From NCBI GenBank assembly GCA_963819655.1, contig CAWFXA010000002.1, forward strand, positions 448,001-512,000: a stretch of DNA of 64,000 nucleotides, given 5' to 3'. Source of the DNA: an uncultured Chloroflexia bacterium. GTDB lineage: Bacteria > Chloroflexota > Limnocylindria > Limnocylindrales > CSP1-4. Shown here one piece after another: positions 1-11,798 of the stretch. The notes beneath the pieces were generated by a model. The model ran no database searches and was not told the DNA's origin. It saw only the letters and a program-made list of their open reading frames with translations. Numbering within the stretch: the stretch's first letter is position 1; every line of letters starts with the position of its first letter. The position numbers were made by a program, and so were the translations under genes.

Positions 1-753
<753 letters not shown>

Positions 754-868
754 TGTTCCTCGCGCTCCGAAGACCGAGGGGGAGCTCCGTCGACCCCATC
801 GGCCTGAGGATCCCAAGGCGGAGCTCCGCGAAGCCATTGGCCCGAGGATTCGCGACCAACGCGCGCCG

Positions 869-933
869 ATGACGGCGGGCGAGGGCCCGATATGACGGCG
901 GGCGAGGGCCCGATGACCGCGGGCGAGAGCCCG
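869..933 (+). repeat. three tandem ~21-bp repeats (ATGACGGCGGGCGAGGGCCCG) at the acyltransferase start
   Basis: Copies begin at 869, 892 and 913; each starts with ATG. Confidence 0.85.
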
Positions 934-1965
934 CAGCCGGCGGCGAAAGCCGCGCGGTCGACCGAGCGCCGGCTCGAGGCTCCGCACCGGCGACGGGGCG
1001 CCGGGCCGCGGATCGTCGAACGGGTGGCCGTGCTCGGCTACCGCGCGACGTCCTGGCTGCTGGCCGTGTTGCCGCCGGGTCCGGCGGCGACCGTCCTCGG
1101 CTGGTTCTCGCAACTGTCGTACCTGGCCTGGCCGACCAAGCGCCGCTGGTCGAACCGGAACTTCGGTCATGTCCTCGGCCTGCCACCCGACCACCCACGC
1201 GTCCGCGCCGAGGCGATGCGCGCCTACAAGGGCTACGGTCGCTACCTGGTCGAACTGATGCGGCTCCCGTCGCGCCGGCCGGAGGAGGTCGCCGGACTGG
1301 TGCCCGACATGGACATCGACGAGGTGCGCCGGCTGTGGCGAGAGGCGCCCGGCGGCGGGATGATCCTCGCTGTGGGCCACGTCGGCAGCAACGAGGCAGT
1401 CGCCGCGGCGATCGCCGATCACGGGATGCCGATCAGCGTGGTCGCCGACGACTCGTCGTTCCCCGAGCTCTTCGAGCTCCTGCGCCGGCAGCGAGAAACG
1501 TGGGGCGTCACGATCATCGCGTGGCGGAACCTGCGCGAGATCTTCGGTGTCCTTCGCCGCCGCGAGATGCTGGGGCTCCTGGTCGACTGGGGATATCGAT
1601 CGGACGGCATCCCGGTGCGGATGTTCGGCGCATGGACCGCGCTGCCGGCCGGACCGGCGACGCTGGCGGCCAAGACGAGCTCGCGTATCCTGCCGATCAG
1701 CATCCGACGCCGGCCGGACGGTACGTTCCATGTCTCGTGGCCCGACCCGATCGACGTCACCTCGTCGGACCCGGCGGAGCTGTTCCGCGCCACCCAGGCG
1801 ATGGCCGACGCGCTGGCCGCCACGATCGCCGCGGCACCGGACCAGTGGTATAGCTTCAAGCCCATCTGGCCGGCGACACCGGACGAGGCCGCCGATCTGG
1901 AGCGCCGGGCAACTCTCATGCAGGCGGGCATCGCCGATCCCGGGCCGGCCCCGGAGTTCGCCTGA
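892..1965 (+). CDS. lysophospholipid/PIM acyltransferase (PatA / lipid A acyltransferase family), copy 1
   Basis: H-x4-E motif GHVGSNE, LLVD, MFG...LPAGPATLA, C-terminal PDQWY. Confidence 0.85.
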   Translation: MTAGEGPMTAGESPQPAAKAARSTERRLEAPHRRRGAGPRIVERVAVLGYRATSWLLAVLPPGPAATVLGWFSQLSYLAWPTKRRWSNRNFGHVLGLPPDHPRVRAEAMRAYKGYGRYLVELMRLPSRRPEEVAGLVPDMDIDEVRRLWREAPGGGMILAVGHVGSNEAVAAAIADHGMPISVVADDSSFPELFELLRRQRETWGVTIIAWRNLREIFGVLRRREMLGLLVDWGYRSDGIPVRMFGAWTALPAGPATLAAKTSSRILPISIRRRPDGTFHVSWPDPIDVTSSDPAELFRATQAMADALAATIAAAPDQWYSFKPIWPATPDEAADLERRATLMQAGIADPGPAPEFA

Positions 1966-1967
1966 TC

Positions 1968-2960
1968 GTGTCCGGTCTCGGCCGCCGACTCGGGAGCCGG
2001 GCGCTCCGCGCGGCCTCGTGGCTCGTCTGCCGGCTGCCGGAGCGACCCCTCATCGCGCTCGCCGAGCTGGGCGGGGACGTCTGGTATCGCACGACCCCCG
2101 TTCGCGCCGCACGGGGGCGCCGCAACCTCGCCCGGGTGGCGTCCTGGCTGGATGCGCACGGCGCCGGCACGACGCTCGCCCGCGCAGCGGCCACAGATCC
2201 CCGTGCCCTGGAACGACTGGTCCGGCTGGCGTACCGCCACGCTGCCCGCTATTACCTCGAAGTAGCGCGCACGCCCGCGCTCAGCCGCGAGGACGTTCGA
2301 TCGCGCATGACGATCGAGACCGTGGGTGTCGTCGAGGATGCGTTCACGCCCGGCCGACCGGCGATCTTCGTCGGGCTCCACTTCGGCGCGATCGAGCTGC
2401 CGGCGCTGTATCTCGCCTCGCGAGTCGGTGAGGCGGTCGCACCCATGGAGACGCTGTCGGATCCGGACCTGCAGGACTGGTTCGTCCGGACGCGCGGCGC
2501 GGCCGGGGTTCGCATCGTCGGCCTCAGGGAGGCGCGCCGGGAGCTCTCGACGGCGCTGCGAGCCGGGACGAACGTCGGGCTCGTGGGCGACCGCGACCTG
2601 ACCGGTGGCGGCACGCTGACGGAGTTGTTCGGAGCGCCCGCCAGGCTGCCGCTCGGACCGGCGCTGCTCGCGATCGAGAGCGGGGCGCCCGCCTACGTCG
2701 TGGGTGTGCGCCGGACGACGCCCGGACGATATATCGGCCGCCTCGAACCCGTCGACGTCGCGACCGACGGCTCCCGCCGCGAACGAGCGACCGCGACCAC
2801 AACCTCGATCGCACGCGCCTTCGAGCGGGTCGTGACCGACGCGCCAGAGCAATGGTGGGCCGTGTTCTTCCCGATCTGGCCGGACCTCGAGGCGGCGGAG
2901 GCGCCGGCGGGCTCGGCGGGCTCGGCGACCCCGGCGGTCGCGGAGACTCCGGCACGGTGA
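1968..2960 (+). CDS. lysophospholipid/PIM acyltransferase (PatA family), copy 2
   Basis: LHFGAIE, LVGDRDL, LFGAPARLPLGPALLA, PEQWW. Confidence 0.85.
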   Translation: MSGLGRRLGSRALRAASWLVCRLPERPLIALAELGGDVWYRTTPVRAARGRRNLARVASWLDAHGAGTTLARAAATDPRALERLVRLAYRHAARYYLEVARTPALSREDVRSRMTIETVGVVEDAFTPGRPAIFVGLHFGAIELPALYLASRVGEAVAPMETLSDPDLQDWFVRTRGAAGVRIVGLREARRELSTALRAGTNVGLVGDRDLTGGGTLTELFGAPARLPLGPALLAIESGAPAYVVGVRRTTPGRYIGRLEPVDVATDGSRRERATATTTSIARAFERVVTDAPEQWWAVFFPIWPDLEAAEAPAGSAGSATPAVAETPAR

Positions 2961-3793
2961 CCGAACCGCAGGGTCGTGCCGACCTGCACATCCACACACT
3001 GGCCTCCGACGGGATCGCCGACGTGGTCGCGATCGTCGAGCACGTCGCGAAACGCGGAGGCCTTGACGTCATCGCCATCACGGACCACGAGCGGATCGAT
3101 GCCGCCCTCGCCGGACGTGCCATCGCGCGCGACCGCGGCCTGCCGATCGAGGTGGTGGTCGGCGAGGAGGTGACGACGCTCGGCGGCCACCTGTTGGCGC
3201 TATTCGTGGAGCGCCGGATCCGGCCGTACCGCACGCTCGGTCGGACCATCGCCGACGTCCACGAGGCGGGCGGCATCGCGATCCCGGCCCACCCGCTGGT
3301 GCCGTACCCGCTATGCGCCCAGGGCTGGGTCCTGCGCCGGCTCCTCGACGACCCCGACGACGCCGTGCGGCCGGATGCGATAGAGACGTTCAACCCCACG
3401 GCACTCGGTCGCCCGTGGCACGATCGTGTCGTGCGGTTCGCCGACGACCACCGACTCGCCCACATCGGGAACAGCGACGCCCACGCGCTCGACGCGGTCG
3501 GTCAGGGCTGGACGACGTTCCCCGGCCACACGGGGGACGAGCTGCGGGCCGCGATCGCGGCCCGCACGACCGAACACGGCGGAGCGTTCCACGGCGCCAC
3601 CGGCCAGTTCGGGGTGTTCGGGCAGCAGCTCCGGAAGCGCGCGATCGACGCTCGTGACGAAGTTGCCGGTCGTGTTCGGCGGACCGGGACGGGACGTGAC
3701 CACGGCTATCCGGGCGGCCGGACGCGGCCGCCGCGCTACGTCTCGGCCGGGGACCCGAACGGGCACGCTCGGAGCGGCGTCGAGCGACCATGA
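2957..3793 (+). CDS. PHP-domain metallophosphoesterase
   Basis: DLHIHTLASDG, ITDH, GEE, AHP, NSDAH metal-binding motifs; GTG start overlaps upstream TGA. Confidence 0.9.
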   Translation: MTEPQGRADLHIHTLASDGIADVVAIVEHVAKRGGLDVIAITDHERIDAALAGRAIARDRGLPIEVVVGEEVTTLGGHLLALFVERRIRPYRTLGRTIADVHEAGGIAIPAHPLVPYPLCAQGWVLRRLLDDPDDAVRPDAIETFNPTALGRPWHDRVVRFADDHRLAHIGNSDAHALDAVGQGWTTFPGHTGDELRAAIAARTTEHGGAFHGATGQFGVFGQQLRKRAIDARDEVAGRVRRTGTGRDHGYPGGRTRPPRYVSAGDPNGHARSGVERP

Positions 3794-5085
3794 AGATCGG
3801 CCTCGTCTGTCCGTACATCTACCCGGCGAGCGGCGGCGTCGCCCAGCACGTCCAGTTCCTGTATCAGAACCTGCGTCAGCGCGGACACGACGTCCGCATC
3901 CTCACGGCGAGCCACGGCCCGCAGAGAGCCTCCGAGGGCGACATCATCCGGTTGGGTGTCGGCTTCTCGGTGCCGATCAACGCGTCGGTCGGCACGCTCA
4001 CGTTCTCGCCGCGCTACCTCAGCCAGATCGGCTCGATGCTCGAACGGGAGCAGTTCGACATCCTCCATTTCCACGAGCCGTTCGTGCCGTTCCTGTCGCT
4101 CTTCCTGCTCCGTGAATCGACGAGCGTGAACATCGCCACGTTCCACGCGTATGCGGGTTTCTCGCCGTCGTACGAGTTCGGCAGCCGGGCCCTCCGCGGC
4201 TACGCCGAGCGGCTCCACGGCCGGATCGCGGTCAGCGCGGCTGCCCGGCATTTCATCGACCGCTTCTTCCCCGGCGACTACAAGGTCATCCCCAACGGCG
4301 TCGATGTCGCGCGGTTCGCGAACGCCGTCCCGATCGCGCGCTGGCAGGACGGCACGCCCAACGTGTTGTTCGTCGGCCGGCATGAACCGCGCAAGGGCCT
4401 GCTCGACCTGCTCAAGGCGCATCGGATCCTGCGCAAGACCGGTCCCGAGTCGCGCCTCCTCGTCGTCGGATCGGGCCCGCAGGAACGCGAGGCGCGCCGC
4501 TACGTGGCCACGCGCGGCCTCAACGGCGTCGAGTTCCTGGGGCGAGTGTCGGACGCCGAGAAGGCGCAGCTCTACAGGACGGCCGACGTGTACGCCTCAC
4601 CGGCCACCGGCGGCGAGTCGTTCGGGATCGTGCTGCTCGAGGCGATGGCGGCCGGGACGCCGATCGTCGCGTCCGACATCCACGGCTACAAGGGAGTGGT
4701 CCGACGCGGCCGGGAGGGCCTGCTCGTCCCGCCGCGCCAGCCGCGCGAGCTCGCCATCGCGATCGATCGATTACTGCGCGACCCGGCACTCCGCGAGCAG
4801 ATGGGCGCCGCCGGTCAGGCCCGCGCCGAAGAGTTCTCCTGGCCGCGGGTGACCGCCAAGGTCGACGACTACTACGGCTTCGTGATCCGCCGGCTCGCGG
4901 CGACAGGCTCGCTGCCGGAAGGGTTCCGGGCGGAGATCCCTCAGGCGCCCCCGCCGCTCCGTGCGAGGCCGCTGCTGGCTTCCTCGCCTGTCGACGAGCC
5001 GGTCGAGCCAGCCGAGCCGCCCCTGCCCGAGGCCGCGCTCGCACGCGACTCGGCGAGCGCGAGCCGCCAGACGGAGGCCGAGTAG
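3790..5085 (+). CDS. pimA: GT4 glycosyltransferase, phosphatidylinositol alpha-mannosyltransferase PimA-like
   Basis: N-terminus MKIGLVCPY...GGVAQHV, HEP, IPNGVD, EPRKG, GGESFGIVLLEAMAAG; context with ino1 and acyltransferases. Confidence 0.8.
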   Translation: MKIGLVCPYIYPASGGVAQHVQFLYQNLRQRGHDVRILTASHGPQRASEGDIIRLGVGFSVPINASVGTLTFSPRYLSQIGSMLEREQFDILHFHEPFVPFLSLFLLRESTSVNIATFHAYAGFSPSYEFGSRALRGYAERLHGRIAVSAAARHFIDRFFPGDYKVIPNGVDVARFANAVPIARWQDGTPNVLFVGRHEPRKGLLDLLKAHRILRKTGPESRLLVVGSGPQEREARRYVATRGLNGVEFLGRVSDAEKAQLYRTADVYASPATGGESFGIVLLEAMAAGTPIVASDIHGYKGVVRRGREGLLVPPRQPRELAIAIDRLLRDPALREQMGAAGQARAEEFSWPRVTAKVDDYYGFVIRRLAATGSLPEGFRAEIPQAPPPLRARPLLASSPVDEPVEPAEPPLPEAALARDSASASRQTEAE

Positions 5086-8000
5086 GCGACGACCAGGCAC
5101 GTCGCAGCGATCGCCACGGTCAACGCCAGCGGGATGGGGCTGAGCAGCGGTGCGGCAGGCCGTGCCGCCGTGTTCACCGGGAACTGGAACGCGTACAGGT
5201 AGGTGGGCAGGAAGCCCTGGTACGCGTTCACCACGGTCGACGGTAGCGGCAGAGCCGCGAGATTCGGATACCAGATGACGAACCACGCCACGGTCGCGGT
5301 GCCCAGCCCGACGACGAACCGACGCGCGTCGCGGGCGGCCAGCACCTGGCCCGCGAGGTAGAGGAGCGGCAGGATCACGACCAGGGCGATCGGCTCGACC
5401 GGGATCCCGCGCCACGTCGCGATCGGCGTATCGGGCACGAACGACGCCGCGATGAGGCCGAGGCCGACCGCCGCCGCGCCCGCCACGACCCCCCACATCG
5501 TCGGGCTGCGTGCCCCGTCCTCGGCGTCCGCCGTGCGCTGCAGACCCGCCACCGCGCGCCACAGCACGACGCCCCCGATCGCGACCATCGCCAGCAGGGC
5601 GGCGGTGCGGTATGTCAGGACGACATCCGGGATGACCGCCGGGCAGGCCGCGGAGCTCGGGTTCGCGATGGACACCCCGACCAGGGCACACAGCGGTCGT
5701 GAGAACAGCCACATCGCGGCGGGCGCGACGATCGCCACGGCCCCGGCGACGCGCACCCAGAGCCACGTCCGGCGCGAGGCACCGTGCCACAGCTCCGCGA
5801 TGAGGTAGGCCAGGGCGAGGATGACGAACGGCAACGCCGTGTAGTAGTGGTACTGGAAGGCGGCCCGGTCGATACGCGCCCACGGCACCCACTGGGCGGC
5901 GAAGCCGATCGCGATCAGTGCCAGGGCCGGCGACCGGCGCCGGAAGGCCATCACGGACACGAACACGAGGCCGACGATCCCGAGCCACCAGATGACCAGG
6001 TTCCCCGAGTCGTAGATCGCGGCACTGGTCCCACCGGCGAAGCCCTCCTGGTAGAACCACACTGGTTTGAGGTCGAACGGGAAGGCCCACCACGGCGACG
6101 ACGCGGGGTGCCCCGAGGTGAGGCCGTTGTGGTAGTCGTACATGCTGCGGGTCAGGTCGAGCAGCGTCTGCCCGCTGTGCGCGGCCGGGAAGCCGTCCCA
6201 CAGCCGATGGTTCTCGATCGCGGTCCACGGCAGGTAGGACACGATGTAGACCCCCAGCGGGATCGCGATGAGGCAGACGGCCGTCCAGACGATCGGAATG
6301 CCGAGCAACCAGCCGGGCCGCAACCAGCCGATCGGGGCCGGATCGGGCGGGTCGAGGAGGCGCTGCGGATCGTCGGGACGCGGCGGCGCGGCGAGCGGAC
6401 CGTAGCCGACCATCCCGCCGACACGGAACGCGGCGTAGACCACCACGGACCCGAGGGCGGCGGCGATCGCGGCGAGGAGCGGGGTGACCGAGATGGGGCC
6501 GATGACCACGGCCTGATCGAGCCTGCCCAGCGCCAGCGCACCGAAGAACAGCACCGCGCCGACGGCGCTCGGGGCGATCAGGGCCAGCCACATCTCCTCG
6601 TCGGTCCAGGCGATGGGATGGAAGATCGCGACGACGACGGCGAGCAGGGTGAGGCCGATCATGATCACGAGGAATGGCAGGTTGCCGTAGCCCGGACCGG
6701 CCATCGCCAGGTAGCCGAGCGCCCCGGTCATCGCGATGAGACCGAGGATGGCGAGGACACGGCCGAGGGCGCTGCGCACCAGGAGCAGCAGCACCAGCGC
6801 CCCGATCGCGTACGCGGCCACCCATTTCGAGGCCAGCGCCAGCCCGAGGAGCAGCCCGATGATCGGCATCCCCACCCAGAACGCGGCACGGCCCTGCCAC
6901 CAGCCCGTCCAGATCGCGGCAAAGACCGTGTAGGCCGCGACGATGAACAGGCCGACGTACGCGTCGTTCATGCCGATGCGCGACTGGACGAACAGCATGC
7001 CCTCCACGAGAGCGAGGCCACCGACAGCGAGTGCCACCGTGCGCCGCTGGAACAGGATCCTCGCGAGGATGTAGAGGCAGGCGGCCATCAGGACACCGGC
7101 GATCACGCCTGGCAGACGCCACGCGAACGCGTGCGAGCCGACGTCGATGGACACGGCCGTCCCGCCGGCATCGAACACCAGGAGCTGCTGCCGGTCGTCC
7201 GTCATGTATTCGGGCTCCGCGTCCATCGCCACGGCGACCGGCTGGAACCCCACGGGCAGCACCGCATCCGCGTAGACGGCGTCCGCGTGCGGCTCGATGA
7301 CGTACACCGTCCAGCGATCGGGTCCGTACCGGTCGACGCCGTCATCGACCGGAGGCCGGCCGAGGATGTGGACCTGCTGGCTGGCGGCGTCGTAGGCAAC
7401 CTCCGAGCCGAGACCGGGCAGTGGGTGGCCGCCCTTGTCCTTGGGTCCCTCGGCCGCGTCCGTGCCCGACACGACGAGCACGTGATAGCCGGGGTCCTCG
7501 ACCGACCCGGTCGAGACGTACAGCTTGGTGTCGTCGATCCCCGTCACGAGCGCGATGCCGTGCGCGCCGCCATCGATCGCGATCGTGGACGAGGTCGCCC
7601 CAGTCGATGGGTCGATGAACGACACGCCTTCCGACGTCGCGACCGCGGCCCGCGGCAGATCGACGATCTCGATCCCGGGTAGCCGACCCTCGGCGATCGC
7701 GGCCTCGATCTCGGTGCGGCGTTCCTCGCGACCCGGGCTGCCGAAGAGGACCGTGGTGCCCGTCGCGGCGTTGACGATGCGGGACTCGTAGTCGAGCGCG
7801 TCGCCGCCGAGCAGCTCGGCTAGCACGTCGGCCACGGCAGCTGGTTCAGGGATCGCCGCCGGGTCGCCCTGTACGACAGGACCCGCGCCGGCGGTCGACA
7901 GGTCGGCGATGCCCGTAAACTCGGTCCTGCCGAGGATCTCGCCAGTGCTGCCGTCGATCACGGTGAGGTCGGCGTCCGACGCTGCGAGGATCGTTCCCTC

Positions 8001-10302
8001 GTCCGTGACGAGCAGATGGTCGACCGGGTGGCCGACCGAGGCGAGCTCGACCGGCGTGATGTCGCCCTCCGGAGCGCCCAGACCGATCAGGTCGAGCTCG
8101 ACGGTCGAGATGGTGCCCTCGTCATCGCCGAGGAAGAGCCGCGGCTCGGTCGGGTCGATGGCCAGGGCGCCGACGCCCGGGGCAGTGATCCGGCCGATCG
8201 TCTCGACGGGTGCGCAGGTCCTCGGTCCGGACGATGTCGCCGGTCGCGATATGGAGTCGTTCGCCCGCCCGCGCCGTGCCTGGATCGTCGCGGCGATGCT
8301 CGATCGCCACGGCGCGGACCGGGTCACCGAGCTGGCTCGTCGCCTGGACGTTGTCGTCGCCCCATAGGGCCAGACCGCCGGCCATCGCGTACTTGGCCAG
8401 GTGCGGGTGGGTCCACTCGTAGATCGAGTGCGATTCGCCGTAGCGCCAGTCCTGGAGGAACTCCGTGGCCGTCCGGGCGTGGTAGACCTCGTCGAAATGC
8501 ATCTGGTACGGCTCTTCGAGGCGGAAGGTCCGGAGCCCGAACGTCGCCAGGACGAGCACGACGAGGAGCCACGCGTCCAGGCGATCCAGTCGCCCGCCCC
8601 GCTCGCCCATCAACGCACGGCTGCGATCCGCCCGCCACGGCACCGCCCGTAGGCGATCGTCGATCCAGCCGCGCAGGCCCGTTTCCTCAAATCGCGCGGG
8701 CTCGGACCAGGTGGGCATGGTGACGGCGGCCGGGGGCGCGGCGGCCTGGATGACGGCGGACGGACCGGCCGGCCGGCCGAGCTCCTCGCGCGACTCGTCG
8801 CGGGCCGGCTCCTCGGACGCGCTGAGGACCTCGCCGGTCAGGCGAGCCATGGCCGCCGGCCGGAGCTGGAGCCAGGCCCACGCGAAGGCGACGGTGTGCA
8901 AAGCCGCGACCAGGGTGACCCCGATCTCGGAGCGGATCAGCGACCCGACGCCGAGCCAGTCGGCGACAGGGTTGAGGGCGGGGTCCTTGGGCGGGTAGAT
9001 CGTCGTCAGGACGACATACATGTTGGCGAACGTCGCGATCGCGAGGATCACGTAGGCGATGCGCCACCGCGGCGAGACCGCGAACAGGATCGCCCCGAGC
9101 GCGAAGAACGGGAACCCGTAGCGCTCGTGGACGCGGGTCGGCGCGGCGAAGAAGGCAAGGGCGGTGACCGCCAGGACGACGAGGATCGTGATGCGGTCCG
9201 GGCGACGCCAGACGGCCCACAGCCCCGTGAGGATGGCCAGGATCAGCAGCGCCGCGCCGACCACGACAGCCGGGATCGCGCCGAACTGCACGACGCCCGC
9301 GCCGCACGCGTTGTTCGGCACCACGGCGTCGCAGACCCATTGGCCGGCGTTGGCGAGGCTGATCCCGAGGTTGCTCGGGACGACCGCCCACGCGTTGTAC
9401 GCGTTGACCGTGACGTACGGGTAACCGCCCCCGGCGAGCGCGATCTGATCGATCAGCCCAGACGCCAGGAACGGGGCCTGTGGCGCGAGCTCGATCACAC
9501 TGAGGCCGAACGGCAGACACAGCGCCAGGGCGGTGAGGTAGCCGGCCAGGCCGGTCGTCAGGATGCGCACCGGATGATCCGTTCGCGCCTCCCATCGGCG
9601 GAACCTGCCCTCCGGCAGAGGAGCATCCGGCAAAGGGGCATCCGGGTCCCGCTGCGGCGGGCGCAGCGCGCGCCGGATCGTGACGACGGCCACGATCGGC
9701 ACGAGGATGCCGAGCTGCGGCTTCACGATCGCCGCGATGACCGTGAAGATCGCCGCCCGTTCGGGCTGGTCGCGCCACAACGAGCGCACGCCGAGAAGCA
9801 GGAAGAGGACACCGACCGAGTCGACCTGGCCCCACACGACGTTGTCGAACCAGAAGACGGGGTTGAGCATCACGACGCCGGCACCCACCAGGGCCAGCCG
9901 CTCGCGTCCGCCGAGCTCGCGGACCATCGACCACACGAGATAGCCGAGGCCCAGGTCCGCGAGGATCGGCGGGATCTTGATGAGATCGCCGATCCCACCG
10001 GCCGCCCGCCCGACCGTCCCGACCAGCCACAGGACATACATGTAGCCCGGCGTGTAATCGTGGAAGAAGTCGCGCTGGTAGAACCCGGACAGGCCGTTTC
10101 GGGCGAGGTCGTCCGCCCAGAACCGGAACGAGACGAGGTCCGCGTCGAAACCCGAGCCCGGGAGCAGGTATAAAAGGATGAACCGGAGGGCGAGTCCGAG
10201 GGCGAGGACGATCAGGACTGCGCCGACGGCCCCCTGCGTCCCGGTCGACCGAGGCGGCGCTCCTGTGCCTCGCTCGTACGCACCAGGATCGGGGCCAGTC
10301 AC
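4941..10302 (-). CDS. very large polyprenol-phosphate-sugar-dependent glycosyltransferase: N-terminal GT-C domain fused to a PMT-like domain with a large extracytoplasmic insertion; split by a 1-nt frameshift near 8205
   Basis: ORF 8122-10353 has DYTPGY, WGQVDS, KPQ, HERY, then FDEVYH and EWTHPHLAK. ORF 4941-8327 continues with FAWRLPG, SRIGMND, LASKW, HPASSPWW and FQYHY. GTG at 10302 has AGGAG upstream. Confidence 0.8.
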
Positions 10303-10334
10303 CGGGGAGATCGGCTCCTGAACGAGCGTGGAAG

Positions 10335-11798
10335 GTGGATCTGAGCGTAGCACAGGGTCGCCCGACCGACCCCCCAGAGGACCTGGCGGCGAGCGGCCCG
10401 GCGACGATCGCCGTCGCCGTGGCCACCGGCGTGCTGCTCGCGGTCGCCGCGTTCGGCGTCTATCGCGTCACGCACGCCGACCGCTACTACGATCATTTCG
10501 TGTGGCAGGCCGCGGCCTTCCTGGAGGGCCAGGCGGCGATCCGCTACCCGGTCGCGACGACCGCGGAACGACTGGGCAACTGGTTCTTCCAGGACGTTCT
10601 CCCGATCGGCCGCGTCGATGGCATCGATCGCGGACTGATCCCCTTCCCGCCGCTCCCCGCCGTGCTGCTGGTCCCGTTCGTCGCGGCTTTCGGGTTCGCG
10701 ACTGATGAGCAGCTGCTGTTCACGATCCTGGCAGCGATCGACGTGGCGCTGTGTTGGTGGATGATCGGCCGCCTGCCCGTGTCGACCGCGGTGCGGTTCG
10801 GCACGACCGTGTTCTTCGCCTTCGGCACGGCGTTCTGGTACACGGCCCAGAACACGACGACCTGGTACCAGGCCCACATCGTGGCGGTCGCGTTGACCAT
10901 GCTCGCGGTCGGACTGGCGTTGGGTGCGGATCGGTCGCGTCATGTGGTCGTGGGACGCCCCGGCGCGCGCGACAGTGACAGCGACGGAGCGCGGTTCGGT
11001 GTCGATCGACGCGGTTTCGCGATCGGGCTGCTCTTCGGTCTCGCGACGACGGCCCGCCTGACGGTGATCCTCGCAGCGCCCTTCTTCATGCTGGTCGGTC
11101 CGGGCAATGGCTGGTGGCGCCGCAGCTGGTCGGTCGGGATCGGGGCGGCCATCCCGGTCGTCGCCCTCCTGGCGTACAACATCGCCACGACCGGCCACGT
11201 CTTCCACCCCGCATACGACCACCTCTACCAGCTCGAGGCGCGTGCCTACACCGGGCTGGGCTACCACCCCGACTGGGCGGCCGAGGATCCGCGCTACCTG
11301 CCGCAGAACCTGGCGATCATGCTGTTCGCGGCCCCGGAGATCCTGCCAGAGCGCCAACGCGACACGCTCGGGACGATGGACCGGCCGCTGTGCACCACAC
11401 CGGACGCCGGCCGGGGCCTGTTCGACGCCGCGTGCCCTCTCGCCCTGCCGCGCGACATCGGGATGAGCATCCTGCTCACGAGCCCGGCGTTGCTACTGGG
11501 CCTGGCCGCGTTCCGGGACCGGGCTCGTCGCCGGATCGTGGCCGCGGCCGCCATCGCCGTCCTGCTCGTGACGGTCGCCAACCTCATGCATTTCAGCCAG
11601 GGCTGGGTCCAGTTCGGATACCGCTTCGGCAACGACACGCTACCGTTCGCCCTCGTGCTGGTGGCGTTGGGGTTCTCGCGGCTCGTCGACCGGGATCCCC
11701 GGCCGCGCTGGGCGATGCCTGTCGCGGTCGGTCTGATCGCTGTGTCCGTCGCCGTCAACGCCTGGGGTGTCGTGTGGGGGCGTCTCCTCGGGTGGTGA
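10335..11798 (+). CDS. multi-pass membrane protein, probable GT-C-fold glycosyltransferase (start uncertain)
   Basis: About 11 hydrophobic segments, N-terminal loop DRYYDHF...FPPLPA, late FGYRF motif; located in the glycosylation cluster. Confidence 0.6.
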   Translation: MDLSVAQGRPTDPPEDLAASGPATIAVAVATGVLLAVAAFGVYRVTHADRYYDHFVWQAAAFLEGQAAIRYPVATTAERLGNWFFQDVLPIGRVDGIDRGLIPFPPLPAVLLVPFVAAFGFATDEQLLFTILAAIDVALCWWMIGRLPVSTAVRFGTTVFFAFGTAFWYTAQNTTTWYQAHIVAVALTMLAVGLALGADRSRHVVVGRPGARDSDSDGARFGVDRRGFAIGLLFGLATTARLTVILAAPFFMLVGPGNGWWRRSWSVGIGAAIPVVALLAYNIATTGHVFHPAYDHLYQLEARAYTGLGYHPDWAAEDPRYLPQNLAIMLFAAPEILPERQRDTLGTMDRPLCTTPDAGRGLFDAACPLALPRDIGMSILLTSPALLLGLAAFRDRARRRIVAAAAIAVLLVTVANLMHFSQGWVQFGYRFGNDTLPFALVLVALGFSRLVDRDPRPRWAMPVAVGLIAVSVAVNAWGVVWGRLLGW

